DNA of 63,718 bases, counting the filler, from Licmophora abbreviata (lineage: Eukaryota), in the NCBI GenBank assembly GCA_900291995.1. It is 16 parts of 16 records of this genome, joined end to end, with 100 filler letters (N's around TTAATTAATTAA, not from the genome) between each part and the next. Parts side by side here need not be neighbours in the genome. Positions count along the whole stretch, not along the records: positions 33,644 to 37,038 come from OLMU01003319.1; positions 37,139 to 39,463 come from OLMU01003320.1; positions 39,564 to 44,361 come from OLMU01003321.1; positions 44,462 to 45,811 come from OLMU01003322.1; 12 more parts are not named here. One strand, written 5' to 3'. How positions within the stretch are numbered: position 1 is the first letter of the stretch; the number at the start of each line of letters is the position of its first letter. The notes below the pieces were generated by a model that made no database searches, was not told the DNA's origin, and worked only from the letters and a program-made list of their open reading frames with translations. Shown here one piece after another: positions 33,872 to 44,995 of this stretch. The position numbers and the translations under genes are program-made.

Positions 33872-35422
33872 ATGAAATGGTCCATGACTGCTAGTATGGC
33901 AATCTTTTCAACACTAGTGGCGATAGGGCGGCACCGAAGCACTGTTACGGCATTCTCATCGGTCGCATCCAGACGCTTGATCCAGCGGCAGTCACTACAG
34001 AGCTCGTCGCTGTGGGGACGACCACTGTCATCCACTGCGACCGAGGCGACACCAGACACCGCATCAGCAGAGGCCTCCGCCCCCTCTGATTCTTCCCTCT
34101 ACTCTACCGACCCCGAGACGCTGCAATCACTGAAATCTGACTTTCTTAAGGTCATGCGAGATCGTGGATTCCTTTTTCAGTGCACGAATATCAAGGAGCT
34201 CGACGAAGCGCTGATGACGAGCAGTGGCGTCAAGTCGGCATACCTGGGATTTGACGCGACGGCCGATTCGCTTCATGTGGGGTCCTTGCTGCAAATTATG
34301 ATTCTGAGACACTTGCAACAATCCAAGCATCGCCCGGTGGTACTTATTGGAGGGGGTACGAGTAAAGTCGGTGATCCGACTGGGAAGGATGAGAGTCGTG
34401 TGTTGCTTACCGACGAAGTGATTCAATCCAACATGGATGGCATTTCGAAGGTGTTTCAGCGATTCTTGAAGTTCTCAGACGCGGATGGCGATAGCAGTGA
34501 TGAGCCCACCGATGCCATCATGGTAAACAATGATGACTGGTTGTCATCACTGAACTACCTTCAATTCCTGCGAGACTACGGGACTCTCTTTACCATTAAT
34601 CGCATGATGAACTTTGAGAGTGTCAAACAGAGACTATCGCGAGAGGCGCCTCTTACCTTTCTCGAATTCAACTATATGATTCTTCAAGCCTACGACTTTG
34701 TCGAACTCTACCGACGTCACGAGACGGTATTGCAGCTGGGCGGTAGCGATCAGTGGGGCAATATGGTGAGCGGCACCGAGCTCGGTCGCAAAGTATGCAA
34801 CGCGCAGCTCTTTGCCTTGACGGCACCTCTCATCACCACGAGCGATGGGAAGAAAATGGGAAAGACAGCAGGCGGTGCAGTGTGGCTCAACAAGGAAAAG
34901 TTGAGCGAGTATGACTATTGGCAATTCTGGCGCAATACGGCCGATGCCGATGTCGTGCGGTTCTTGAAGCTCTTTACAGAATTACCCCTCGATGAAATTG
35001 CCGAGTTGGCAAAACTCCAAGGGGCTGATATAAACAAGGCCAAGATTGTCTTAGCGGATGAGACGACAGCCTTGCTGCACGGACGAGAATGTCTCAAGAC
35101 AATTCATGAAACGATTCAAACCATGTTTAGTGGCGGAGGTGGAGAGTCGACCGACTCCTTGCCCCGAATTTTTGTCACAGCAGACGAAGTGGAAGGAGAA
35201 GGAAAGCGTTTTACGGACCTGTTCTTAGAATTAGGACTGGCGAGCAGTAAGAAGGATGCTAGACGACTCATTGGTGGGGGTGGAGCGAGATTGGAAGGAG
35301 AAAAGATCGAGGATGAGAATAGGTCATTGGTGATGGCGGATTTCGGTGTCAAGACGGAGGTGACATTGCGAGCCGGAAAGAAACGAGCTGGTGTGGTAGA
35401 ACTGAAACAGCAGTCAAATTAA
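33872..35422 (+). CDS. tyrS: Tyrosyl-tRNA synthetase, bacterial-type, organellar
   Basis: YLGFDATADSLHVGS (HIGH), QLGGSDQWGN, KMGKT (KMSKS), C-terminal S4 domain; N-terminal targeting peptide (VTA-F). Confidence 0.95.
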   Translation: MKWSMTASMAIFSTLVAIGRHRSTVTAFSSVASRRLIQRQSLQSSSLWGRPLSSTATEATPDTASAEASAPSDSSLYSTDPETLQSLKSDFLKVMRDRGFLFQCTNIKELDEALMTSSGVKSAYLGFDATADSLHVGSLLQIMILRHLQQSKHRPVVLIGGGTSKVGDPTGKDESRVLLTDEVIQSNMDGISKVFQRFLKFSDADGDSSDEPTDAIMVNNDDWLSSLNYLQFLRDYGTLFTINRMMNFESVKQRLSREAPLTFLEFNYMILQAYDFVELYRRHETVLQLGGSDQWGNMVSGTELGRKVCNAQLFALTAPLITTSDGKKMGKTAGGAVWLNKEKLSEYDYWQFWRNTADADVVRFLKLFTELPLDEIAELAKLQGADINKAKIVLADETTALLHGRECLKTIHETIQTMFSGGGGESTDSLPRIFVTADEVEGEGKRFTDLFLELGLASSKKDARRLIGGGGARLEGEKIEDENRSLVMADFGVKTEVTLRAGKKRAGVVELKQQSN

Positions 35423-35702
35423 TAGTGGATACGTTGTGTCGCGGTGGTCTTCGTCCATGATCGCTTCTTTCGACAGTTCCTCCTTGAGACTCGTCGGAGC
35501 GATGAGGCCCTGTGCATCGGCTGGCTCGGACGCCGAGCCGGTCGGCGTCGAGAAGGTGCGCGCACTTTTTCGTCATTGGCGTTCGCGCGCAGGCTTCGCT
35601 GCAAGTATCGCTCTTGTCCACAGCACTTTTCTGTTTCCCACTCATTGAAACTTGCTTGACGAGCCTTGCTTGTGGTGGCGTTGATTTAGTTTCCGTTTCA
35701 TC

Positions 35703-36239
35703 ATGGCTTTCGCAGTCCCAAAAGTCGTTCGCGCTGGGATGCAGAGTGGCAGCATCATGTTCGTCGCCGACATTTTCACCCAGTCCTTCGTGGAACGAAA
35801 GTCAGGTGACGACGAGGCGCGGGAATCTTTGGATCTCTTGAGAAGCACCCGTTGGGCTCTGGCGGGGTTGTTGATTCATGGGCCCTACTTTTACGCAGGC
35901 TTTCGTCGAGTTGATGCATATTTTGCAAATAAAAGTGCGTTGCTACTTTCGAACGTTCGAATTGTAGTCTACAAGACGTCCATAGCGCAGTTCATCTTAT
36001 TTCCACCCTACTTGGTGGCACTCTTTTCGTATATGGGTTACATGGAGGGTGTGCCGAGTATATCGGACAAGGTGAAAGCTTGTGTTCCTTCTGCATTCTA
36101 TGGGGGCTGTGTGTTTTGGCCCTTTGCGAATGGTCTCAATTTTGCCATAGTTCCGTCGACATTACGTGTTCCGTACCTGGCACTCTCGGCGGGAGTATGG
36201 AACTCATATTTGAGTTGGACGAATGCCAAGCGGAGATGA
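35703..36239 (+). CDS. Mpv17/PMP22 family membrane protein
   Basis: ADIFTQ, RSTRWA...HGP, FWPFANGLNFAIVP...RV...WNSYLS. Confidence 0.85.
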   Translation: MAFAVPKVVRAGMQSGSIMFVADIFTQSFVERKSGDDEARESLDLLRSTRWALAGLLIHGPYFYAGFRRVDAYFANKSALLLSNVRIVVYKTSIAQFILFPPYLVALFSYMGYMEGVPSISDKVKACVPSAFYGGCVFWPFANGLNFAIVPSTLRVPYLALSAGVWNSYLSWTNAKRR

Positions 36240-36773
36240 GAAAGATGTGGGCCTATGATGACGATATATAGTTTAGACCCCTGTGGACTGACTCGACTTG
36301 GTGTTGGATGATGTAGCCACTTGGCTTGCGCTTTGCTTCGACGACTTTGTTCTTTCACTCAAATCGCCGTCGAAATGCTTCCGGAACGATGCTTGGGGCC
36401 TGAACCTACACCTTCCTACGCACGGTGCACAGCAAGAGAAGAAACGAGTGCCATATAGACCGATCAGTGAGTCAATGATGAGCGCAATGATGATGGCTCC
36501 TTCGATAGAAAGGTATCAATGGACTTGACGGTGGTCGAGCTCTCGAGCTATCATAAAACAACAAGGACGATGCGAGACATTTTTAGATGTTTAGTCTTGG
36601 CGAAACCTGAGAGAGTTCAAAGAACACGCGATGACCGACGATGACCACATCGATGATGTCTCCTCGCTCTCGTTTCTCCCTGTGCTTGCTCATGAACTGA
36701 AAGAAGGCAAAGTAGCGACCTTGTATCGATTGGGCTTCTTCTGCACTGGAGAACACGAAAGAAATCCCTGAAA

Positions 36774-38897
36774 ATGAGGACGAAAAGACGCGGTAGCTGG
36801 ATCACCGAACTCTTGGGGTTCGTCGCTGGCATTCTAGAGACCCTGCTATCGTCTTCGGCGGCGTCCGGCAAGCAAGATCAGCGGCCTGGCGGTAGTCAGC
36901 ATGATAACGGCACTCACGATCATCAAGGCCAGAACGACGGACCTGCCGAGGGCGATTCTCCCGAGACAGTCGATGAAGCTCAGGCGGCCTTTGACTTTTT
37001 CGAAGTTGTCGACACCAAGGACGACACCTCTGCTGCTTNNNNNNNNNNNNNNNNNNNNNNNNNNNNNNNNNNNNNNNNNNNNTTAATTAATTAANNNNNN
37101 NNNNNNNNNNNNNNNNNNNNNNNNNNNNNNNNNNNNNNCGAAGTTGTCGACACCAAGGACGACACCTCTGCTGCTTCTACGGGCGCTCTTCGCGACGCGG
37201 TCAAGAAAAAGTTCCGCAAGCTCAGCCTGGTCCATCATCCCGATCGAAATAACAATTCACAGGATTCCAATGAAATCATGCAGAAAGTCAATCACTACTA
37301 CGACGTCCTCTGTGAGGAACTAGACAGGCGCGACGGAACGCTGCACGTGGATGATCCTGAAGAACCAGGAGAAGAGACCAAGAAGGAACAAGCAGAGCCT
37401 ACTCGAAGACAGAAGAAGAATAGGAGACGAAATAGAAACAGAGCCGAGAAAGCGCGGCGACGTCGCGAGTATGAGGCACAAAAGGAAATGGAGGAAGAGA
37501 TGCAAGAAATTAGACGCCAGCAGCAAAAGGTCAACGCTGAAAAGCGAAAGAGAAAGGCCAAAATCAAGAAGGTGGCTCGAAAGCATAATTTGAATACCGA
37601 GTGGGGACGGGAGAAGGCCAATCAAGCCTTTGTCGAGGCTGTGGCTCGCACGGAGCAAGTCGACTCAGCGAGAGAAGAGGATTGCAATCGTACAGCAACT
37701 GCAGAAGAGTCGATGTGTGACATTGACGAGGACAACGATGGGGGCGGTCACAATGGACCCTCTTCGACGTCGTCCTTGCCAAAGGACAAACCAAAGAAAG
37801 AAAAGCCTAAGAATCTCGTCATGGAGTTTTGCATGAACGATATTGCGGTAGCTCTTCAGATGGGACTGGGGGACGTGGCGATATCCTCGATTCAAGAGGA
37901 GCTGACAAACATGATTATTTCTACGTTGTTCCAGATCTCACAAGAGCATGAGTGCATGACTAACGAACTTGATTTCGAGTTGGCGACGGAAGCCGCTAGG
38001 ACCCGGTTATTTCAAACTTCCTTGGATGATGACGGAAACACGATTCTGCATTATGCTGTCTACTACGAATCTATCGACGTCGTGGATCTGGTAAACTTCC
38101 ACGCTGGTAGCGCGGATATACTTCCTGAGGTCTTTTTGAAGAAGAACCGTTTCGGCTGGATACCGTTGGACTTCTGCAAGTGCTGTGTCAAGGACGAATC
38201 GCTGCCGGAGAGGATGCAGAGTCTTACAGATGCCGCACGCGCCATGCAGCCAACGTCTGAAAAGGCCTTCCAGCGTCTCAAGGATGCAATTTGGCAGGTT
38301 GATTGGATATCGCTTCTCAACACGATATCGTCGGTTGGAATTGGAGTCGGCGTGTTTCACACTTACGTCCTGACCGCGCTGGCCGTTTCGACTCTCCATC
38401 AACGAAGTTCCGTCGACAAGTTGGCATCCCACGCGCGGATCGCTGGACTCTTGGCTTTACATGCCTCCTGGTGGGTTTCCAAGTTGTTGTTGCTCTTCAT
38501 GATATCTCATAAAGTGGTGTCCGTTTTGGTTCTGGCATTGGCATTGGTGTTTGCAAACTTTTACGGGAGCAATGATCTCGTGTTTCTTCTGATGTACGCT
38601 TTGCCGCACCTTTTGGAGCGCAGCATGAGCTACGTATTATCGTGTATACCTGTCCTTGGACTTGTGAAGAGTCTGCGTCTGGATGACCTACAGTTTTATC
38701 TCTTGTTTTCGGTTGCATCGCTGTTGTTGCAACCGCATGTCGAGGAGATTTGGACTTCAATTGTTGACCCTACGGAATACGTGGATGCATCGCAGTATCG
38801 TTCGAGTAGCATGAATGATGCTGTGAAAAGGTTTGCAGCCCTTGAAGCCGACGAGGGAGAGGAAATGCTTTCTAGAGTAGAGACATCTAGCTTCTAG
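36774..38897 (+). CDS. DnaJ-domain protein with an ankyrin-like repeat and C-terminal TM helices, spanning a false gap
   Basis: VKKKFRKLSLVHHPDRN (HPD motif); DDGNTILHYAV; hydrophobic C-terminus; a 38-nt overlap across the linker merges both parts in frame. Confidence 0.75.
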
Positions 38898-39783
38898 CTA
38901 GTGGAGGCCGTCGCTCGATCCAGTAGTAGGTACCATGTACATGCGACATGCGCCGGTACGAGGCAAGGAGAGGATTTTTTTCTAACCAGAGGTGTGGAAT
39001 ATCCTTGATCTATCGGGTGCCGCCTTTCTTTCAAGGTGGGATAGAAGCCCGATCTACATGTACGATAAATAATGATCTTTGGATAATATACAACAGGCGT
39101 ATTGACTATGCCTAGCTACCTACTAGAATGGAGTATTTACGCACCTAACCTATCTACTGGTATATGTACTGCTGTGTGACTCATTATAATCGTCATGATT
39201 GACTAGCTCTCCCCTTCGCTTTTAAGCTTGGAGTTGAAGCTGGTATAGTTCGGGTTGTAGTTGATGTCTCTGTGAAATGGCCATCAGCGCGGCACGATTG
39301 CGTCACAATTTCATTGAAATTCCGCGAACGCAAGCTGAAGTTTGGAATGCGATGGCGCGCCACGTATGCGAATCCTAGCGGTTTTGCTCGTAAATTTAAT
39401 GAATAATTATATGAAAAATTGTAGCTTACGACGCTGAGAAGTCCATCACCCAAACTTGAACTTNNNNNNNNNNNNNNNNNNNNNNNNNNNNNNNNNNNNN
39501 NNNNNNNTTAATTAATTAANNNNNNNNNNNNNNNNNNNNNNNNNNNNNNNNNNNNNNNNNNNNTTAACCAATAACTATATGTAAACAATTGTAGCTTACG
39601 ACGCTGAGAAGTCCATCACCCAAACTTGAACTTCAACCATTTCCCGCAATTCCCGCCATCTGCCGCGAACACAATCTTGGAATTCAGTTCAGTTCTGGCT
39701 GTTCAGTTTCATTTTACAGTTTACCTTCTTACAGTATTCGCTGAGTAGACGCCATTGCAGGAACGCTTGAGACCCCTTCTACC

Positions 39784-41214
39784 ATGTCTTTGCCGAAAAA
39801 GACGCTTCTCCTGGCCTCCTTGACTCTTTTGGAGTCCCAACACGCCTCTGGATTCGCCCCTCCGCGGCCATCGTTTGGGATGCAGCAGACTGGGCTCTTT
39901 GCCACCATTTACAACCCTTCGTTTGACGAGCATTCAGATACTACTGCTACTACTACTGCTGCTTCCGATCCTAGCAACACTGCCAATGCCTGGCTCTACG
40001 AAGATGATGACTCTTCGACTTCTGCCTTTGACTACAACAGCGTCATGCCCAAGAATGCCTTCGAACTGGCCGCAAGCATTACACAGAGCCAGCTCGCTCA
40101 GCTCGCACGTCTCGCCGTCGCCTTTTCACCTCCAGCCCAGCAATTGGCCCTGCAGAACATCAATGAAGTGCAGGTTTTGAATGTCAATGAAAACTCGATT
40201 GAAATTGAAGCCGTCGTCTGCGATGAGGAACAGTGCGTCACTCTCGCTGTGCCTGTAGCTTTCCCCATTGCCTGTGTGTCGGTGGAAGATAAGGACTGCA
40301 TCATGGGCAATATCGAAACCTTGGGTCAGCAAGCGGATTATAAGATTCAAGAGCAAGATCATGTGACGTCTTTGGAGAACGATGAAGACTATATGCTCTT
40401 GCAGCAGCGCTTGTTTGCCACGGACAATTTGCAGCAGCTTCCGTCGTGGTGGGTCGTGGCGGGTGTAGAATTGCAACAATCCTGCGATGCCATGCGGGAT
40501 ATTGTCAGTCGAGAGGACTTTTCCAATGACATTCAGCAATTGGCCATGCGACAACTTGATCCTCATCAGTCCAATCACAATTTGGTAGTGGAACAAGCGG
40601 TCGTCGTGAGCATTTGTCCCACGGGCATGTATCTTCGAGCTGTCGTGGCAGGACAACAAGAATTGGTCGATGTGGCGGTGCCTTTTCAAGCGCAAGCGAT
40701 GGACGATGCCGCACTCAAGACGGCAGTACTCGATGCCGTAACGGGTCCTCCAGCGCAACAACAACAACAACACTTGAACCTGTCCTCCTCCTCCTCCTCC
40801 TTGGAAGAGCAACTGATACCAACGCCAGATCAATTGACGTATCCCGACTGGTGGCAACCGGCCACAGATTTGGCAACCGAAGATGTTTGCAACCGGATGT
40901 TGCAAGTCATGAATCAAGGAGACTTTGACATGGAAGTTCGAGCCCTTGCCATGCAGGACTTAGCCAAGAGTCATCATCATCACCACCACCACCACGACCA
41001 AATAGACTATGTGGTCGAACTAGCAGCCGTTGTAGCCGTATGCCCAACGGGCATGTACGTACGAGCGATTGCCAAGCCGGTGGAAATTTTAGAGGAACAT
41101 CCCGCACGCATTGTGGATGTGACTCTGGAATTTGACTACAAGGCAGAGACAGCCGACTCGTTGCATGCGGCAGTGCTGGGTATGGTGGCAGCGGCCGCAT
41201 CAGCGTACTCGTAA
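39784..41214 (+). CDS. Plastid-targeted hypothetical protein with an internally repeated domain
   Basis: ASG-FAP presequence; repeated P(S/D)WW...DF...LAM...CPTGMYxRA...F unit. Confidence 0.75.
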   Translation: MSLPKKTLLLASLTLLESQHASGFAPPRPSFGMQQTGLFATIYNPSFDEHSDTTATTTAASDPSNTANAWLYEDDDSSTSAFDYNSVMPKNAFELAASITQSQLAQLARLAVAFSPPAQQLALQNINEVQVLNVNENSIEIEAVVCDEEQCVTLAVPVAFPIACVSVEDKDCIMGNIETLGQQADYKIQEQDHVTSLENDEDYMLLQQRLFATDNLQQLPSWWVVAGVELQQSCDAMRDIVSREDFSNDIQQLAMRQLDPHQSNHNLVVEQAVVVSICPTGMYLRAVVAGQQELVDVAVPFQAQAMDDAALKTAVLDAVTGPPAQQQQQHLNLSSSSSSLEEQLIPTPDQLTYPDWWQPATDLATEDVCNRMLQVMNQGDFDMEVRALAMQDLAKSHHHHHHHHDQIDYVVELAAVVAVCPTGMYVRAIAKPVEILEEHPARIVDVTLEFDYKAETADSLHAAVLGMVAAAASAYS

Positions 41215-41440
41215 GTGGATATGAGAGAGCGATGTACAGAAAGGAAATCAAAAAGAAGCTACATACACATAGAGAAAGATAAACACTTGTAAGCTATACA
41301 TAAAACACCCATTGTAACAGAAACTCACTAAATACGAACAGGGAACCAGAGTGCTACGTAGCGCATCTGATTGCATCATAGGGTAGACTTGAAGTCCAAG
41401 TGTTTTACATTCTATCTAAGAACGGGCGACTATCTTGTCG

Positions 41441-41480
41441 TCATGTCGACGTTTCGCTCTTTCTGATCTCGTCCACTGGA

Positions 41481-41526
<46 letters not shown>

Positions 41527-42223
41527 TGTCATTGTCATCGTCATTGTCATTGTCATTGTCATTGTCATCGTCATCGTCATCGTCACCGTCGTCATTCTCA
41601 TTTCTGTCATCGTCGTCAGCAGGAGCAGCATCCTCAGCATCTTCACTAGGTGGTTTCATAACAAGCACGGCTCCACGATTTCTTCGCCGCGTCGTCACCA
41701 ACCCTTTGCGAACGAGTGTGCCCACAATTGCCAGCACGATGGGAATCTCCAACTTGCCCGGAGACTCCTTCCTGGGTTTCATCCTCCACGCGAGATCACG
41801 CTGCAACTTTCGCACCCGGGCACCCAATGGATACATGGGGAGCCACGAGTTGACAACGTAGGATTCAATGTTCGGTAGGTAGGATTGCAGTGTTGGGGGG
41901 ACTGGTTTGGATAGAGTAGCGTTGGTGTCGTACGGCTCGTCGGTGGATTGACGTTTTTGGCGTTTCTTTTTGTCGACCTTATTCTTGCCGACCTTATTTT
42001 TGCTGCGTCGAAGCTTTCTTAGTTCTCGCGCCCGCTTCTTGTGCTCGGGATTACGAGGGCCACCGCCCATGCACCGAATCGAAAGTAGAGAGGATGATGG
42101 ATCAGTAGTAGTGGGGAAAGTAGAGGTAGCAGCCAGAGACGGAGGGCTGAAGTAGATCCTGTTGCCCAGAAGTTTGATCGATGCGGCAGCAGGCAGGCGC
42201 CGCAACAAGGAGGAGGATGCCAT
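41441..42223 (-). CDS. Hypothetical protein with mitochondrial-like presequence, basic region and poly-Asp tail
   Basis: 260-aa ORF; R/S-rich N-terminus, K/R-rich middle, D/N-rich C-terminus. Confidence 0.6.
41481..41590. repeat. Coding hexamer microsatellite (TCATCG/TCATTG)n
   Basis: Visible tandem repeat encoding DD/DN on the minus strand. Confidence 0.85.
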
Positions 42224-42586
42224 TCTAAGTGTTGCTTTATGCTGTCTACTTATGTTTCAGTCAGTGAGAATGACTCAAGTCGAGCAGATGCAACAGTATG
42301 AAATACACTTCTCGTCAACTGCAGCCAGCACCGCAATTGTGTAAAGATCATCGTCGTCGCGGTGAACTTCTGAATATTCAATTTTCAATTTTCAAAAAAA
42401 TGAGTGGAGTGCGGACAGTCACGAGGTCCGCGCTACGATATCTTAGGGATATTCGGAAGGTGTCACCAGCGAGTTTCAAGTTAGACTTAATTTGATGCAT
42501 TGACATTTTTCTATTTCGAAAAAGAACAACATAACACCAACAACAACAATCTTTGCTTGTTATCCTCTCTCGCCTCCCGAAACAAC

Positions 42587-43567
42587 ATGCAACGATTCAG
42601 CGGCCACAAGATTTGGTGGGGGTGGTGCCAAATCCCTCTTGTTTTGTTGTTCTTTGCGATGGCAAATTACGATTCTGCTCGCGCTTGGTCGCCTTCTGTA
42701 AATCATCCAGCATCGCCACCCACAAACAACGCCAGCAACCGCCCTCCTCAAAAAGAGACAGTGCTAGTATTGGGAGGCAATGGGATTGTTGGCAGTGGGA
42801 TTGCTCGAGCTTTTCGGGACGCAGGATACAACGTTATTGTTCCTGTAAGAACAGAGACAAAGAACTTAGAACGACTCAAAGAGGAGCTGAAAGGGGCTGA
42901 GATTCTAGTCGGTCACTCGGTGGAAAGCGTCGAGGCAGCAATAAAACTTCGAGATGCCATTCAGTGTCGTCAGCCTATTCATCATGTCGTGAGTTCTATG
43001 GGATCCTACTGGAGTGGCAAAATGCTGTCTCAAGTCAGTGCCGAGGAACTAGACAGTGTCTTCCGGTCACGTGCGGTTCCACATTTCAACGGATGGAAGG
43101 CCTTTTACTCGTGTATCCAACAACCTCCTTCAAAAAAGCCTAGCATGTACATCTTTATCCAGGCCAGCATTAGTGAGCATTGCTACAACGCCAACGCCTC
43201 TTTGATTCACATTGCCTGCGCGGGACAAGTCTCCATTTCGAAAGCGGCACGGGCCGAGGCGGAGGAAGACTTTGAAAAGGGAAGTGGAACGGTCGTGGTG
43301 GGTGAAATTCGTATCGGACACTGGGTGGTTCGAGAAGAAGACTACGATGAAACGGACTCACACTCGAAAAATATTCAAATTGGAAGATGTGCAGTCCGGA
43401 TGGTTCAGGATGGGCTAGACAGGGTCGAGACGCCCTTCATTAAGCTTCCGAACCGTCAGGCCGTGCGAGAATACTCTGCGGGCGTGGGTTCGACTCTGAT
43501 GAAAGGGCTCGATCATGATACACATGAAATGATCATGCAGCTACACGAGTGGGTGAAACAATATTGA
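42587..43567 (+). CDS. Short-chain dehydrogenase/reductase-like protein with signal peptide
   Basis: Rossmann motif VLVLGGNGIVGSGIARAF; HVVSSMG; hydrophobic N-terminus ending ARA-W. Confidence 0.75.
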   Translation: MQRFSGHKIWWGWCQIPLVLLFFAMANYDSARAWSPSVNHPASPPTNNASNRPPQKETVLVLGGNGIVGSGIARAFRDAGYNVIVPVRTETKNLERLKEELKGAEILVGHSVESVEAAIKLRDAIQCRQPIHHVVSSMGSYWSGKMLSQVSAEELDSVFRSRAVPHFNGWKAFYSCIQQPPSKKPSMYIFIQASISEHCYNANASLIHIACAGQVSISKAARAEAEEDFEKGSGTVVVGEIRIGHWVVREEDYDETDSHSKNIQIGRCAVRMVQDGLDRVETPFIKLPNRQAVREYSAGVGSTLMKGLDHDTHEMIMQLHEWVKQY

Positions 43568-43945
43568 TTCACACGGAAGCGCTTGTGTACTTGTAGACTA
43601 GCCTAGGCTAGTCAGGTTTAGAACACACTTTTATGTCAAATATCGACGCGACTTCATAGTCTGGTGTCATGACTCTTGTGTCTACTATACCTGTATCGAT
43701 TTCTTTTCGGATCTTGTGTAAAGCATAGAATGACGATGAAGGTCTAGTCTCTAGTAAACTACCGGATTGACAGATAGCAGACCAGAAATTCAAAATCCAC
43801 GAGGCCGCATCATCCGTCGTTTGTGTGACGAGGTTGGCATAACACTACCCCGCGTTTTGTAATACCGAAAAGCTTTGACTTTCAAGTGTAAAAAACGTCA
43901 CGCTAGAGTGTTGGCCTGCCGCCTGCCGGGGGTGTCTTTCACAAG

Positions 43946-44995
43946 ATGACACCGACCTTGGTCCAATCTGAAAGTATGATAGTCACCATGCTTTCTGTTT
44001 CAAGTGCCCTTGTCCTGCTACTGGTCGACCTTCGGCACGGGGCTAGCTTTGTCGTCGTCGCTCCATCTCTGTCTACAAGAATGCTATTTTCGGTGATCGC
44101 TGATCGATATAGAAATTCGATAGCAACGACTTCTTCCATGGGCCATAGTAGGCCTACTAGTATCGATGGAAAGCCCAACTCGTGGTTATACGATGACAAC
44201 GAGGAGGAGGATACACCCTCTCTCTATACTACTTTCACAGGCATTCGTGATGATGAGTTTCATCTTGTCACACGCGACCTGTCGAGACTCGCTGTGGCTT
44301 TTTCTGCCCATTCCCTACAGCTGCAGGACATTCATACCGTCCAACTACTTGGCGTGGACAANNNNNNNNNNNNNNNNNNNNNNNNNNNNNNNNNNNNNNN
44401 NNNNNTTAATTAATTAANNNNNNNNNNNNNNNNNNNNNNNNNNNNNNNNNNNNNNNNNNNNCGTGTGTGAGGACGATATGCAGTGCGTCAGCTTGGCAGT
44501 ACCCGTGGCATTTCCGACCGAGTGTGCGGAGGAGGAGGACGGAGAATGTATTCTTCACAATTTGCAACAACTCGAGTCGGAGGCGGAATTTCGAATTCAT
44601 CATCGACAGCAAGAAGAGAGTACTAGTAGGCAGAACGAGGATCGCTTAATATCGTGGAAACGACTCAAGACTTGGTTCTTCCAGACTGGTGGGTTCCGGC
44701 CGGTAGCCTTCAAGCGGCGTGCGACGACATGGTCGACATTCTGAACCGAGACGATTTTCAGGACGAGGTTCGTGCAATGACCCGGCAGCAGATAGTAGAA
44801 AAGACCACAGTCATTTCCAGCGCTGCGGTTGTGAGTATTTGCCCAACTGGAATGTGCCTACGGGCCAGCCTATCGGACGGTTCCATACGGGACGCGGTTG
44901 TCGAGTTCGGTGGGGGGCAAACTGGCACTGGGGAAGCACTCAAGTCGGCCGTGTTAGCCGCGTGTACGGAAGGACGGTCGACCCTGTATCCCTAG
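43946..44995 (+). CDS. Shorter paralog of the 39784-41214 protein, spanning a gap, with an apparent frameshift near 44630-44654
   Basis: Shared motifs WLYDD, LSRLAVAFS, QCVSLAVPVAFP, LPDWW, RDDF, VVSICPTGM. Confidence 0.65.

Noticed and set aside
41435..41878. ORFs with poly-(IV), poly-S or poly-(TM) tracts
   Set aside because: Shadow frames of the hexamer repeat encoding poly-Asp on the minus strand
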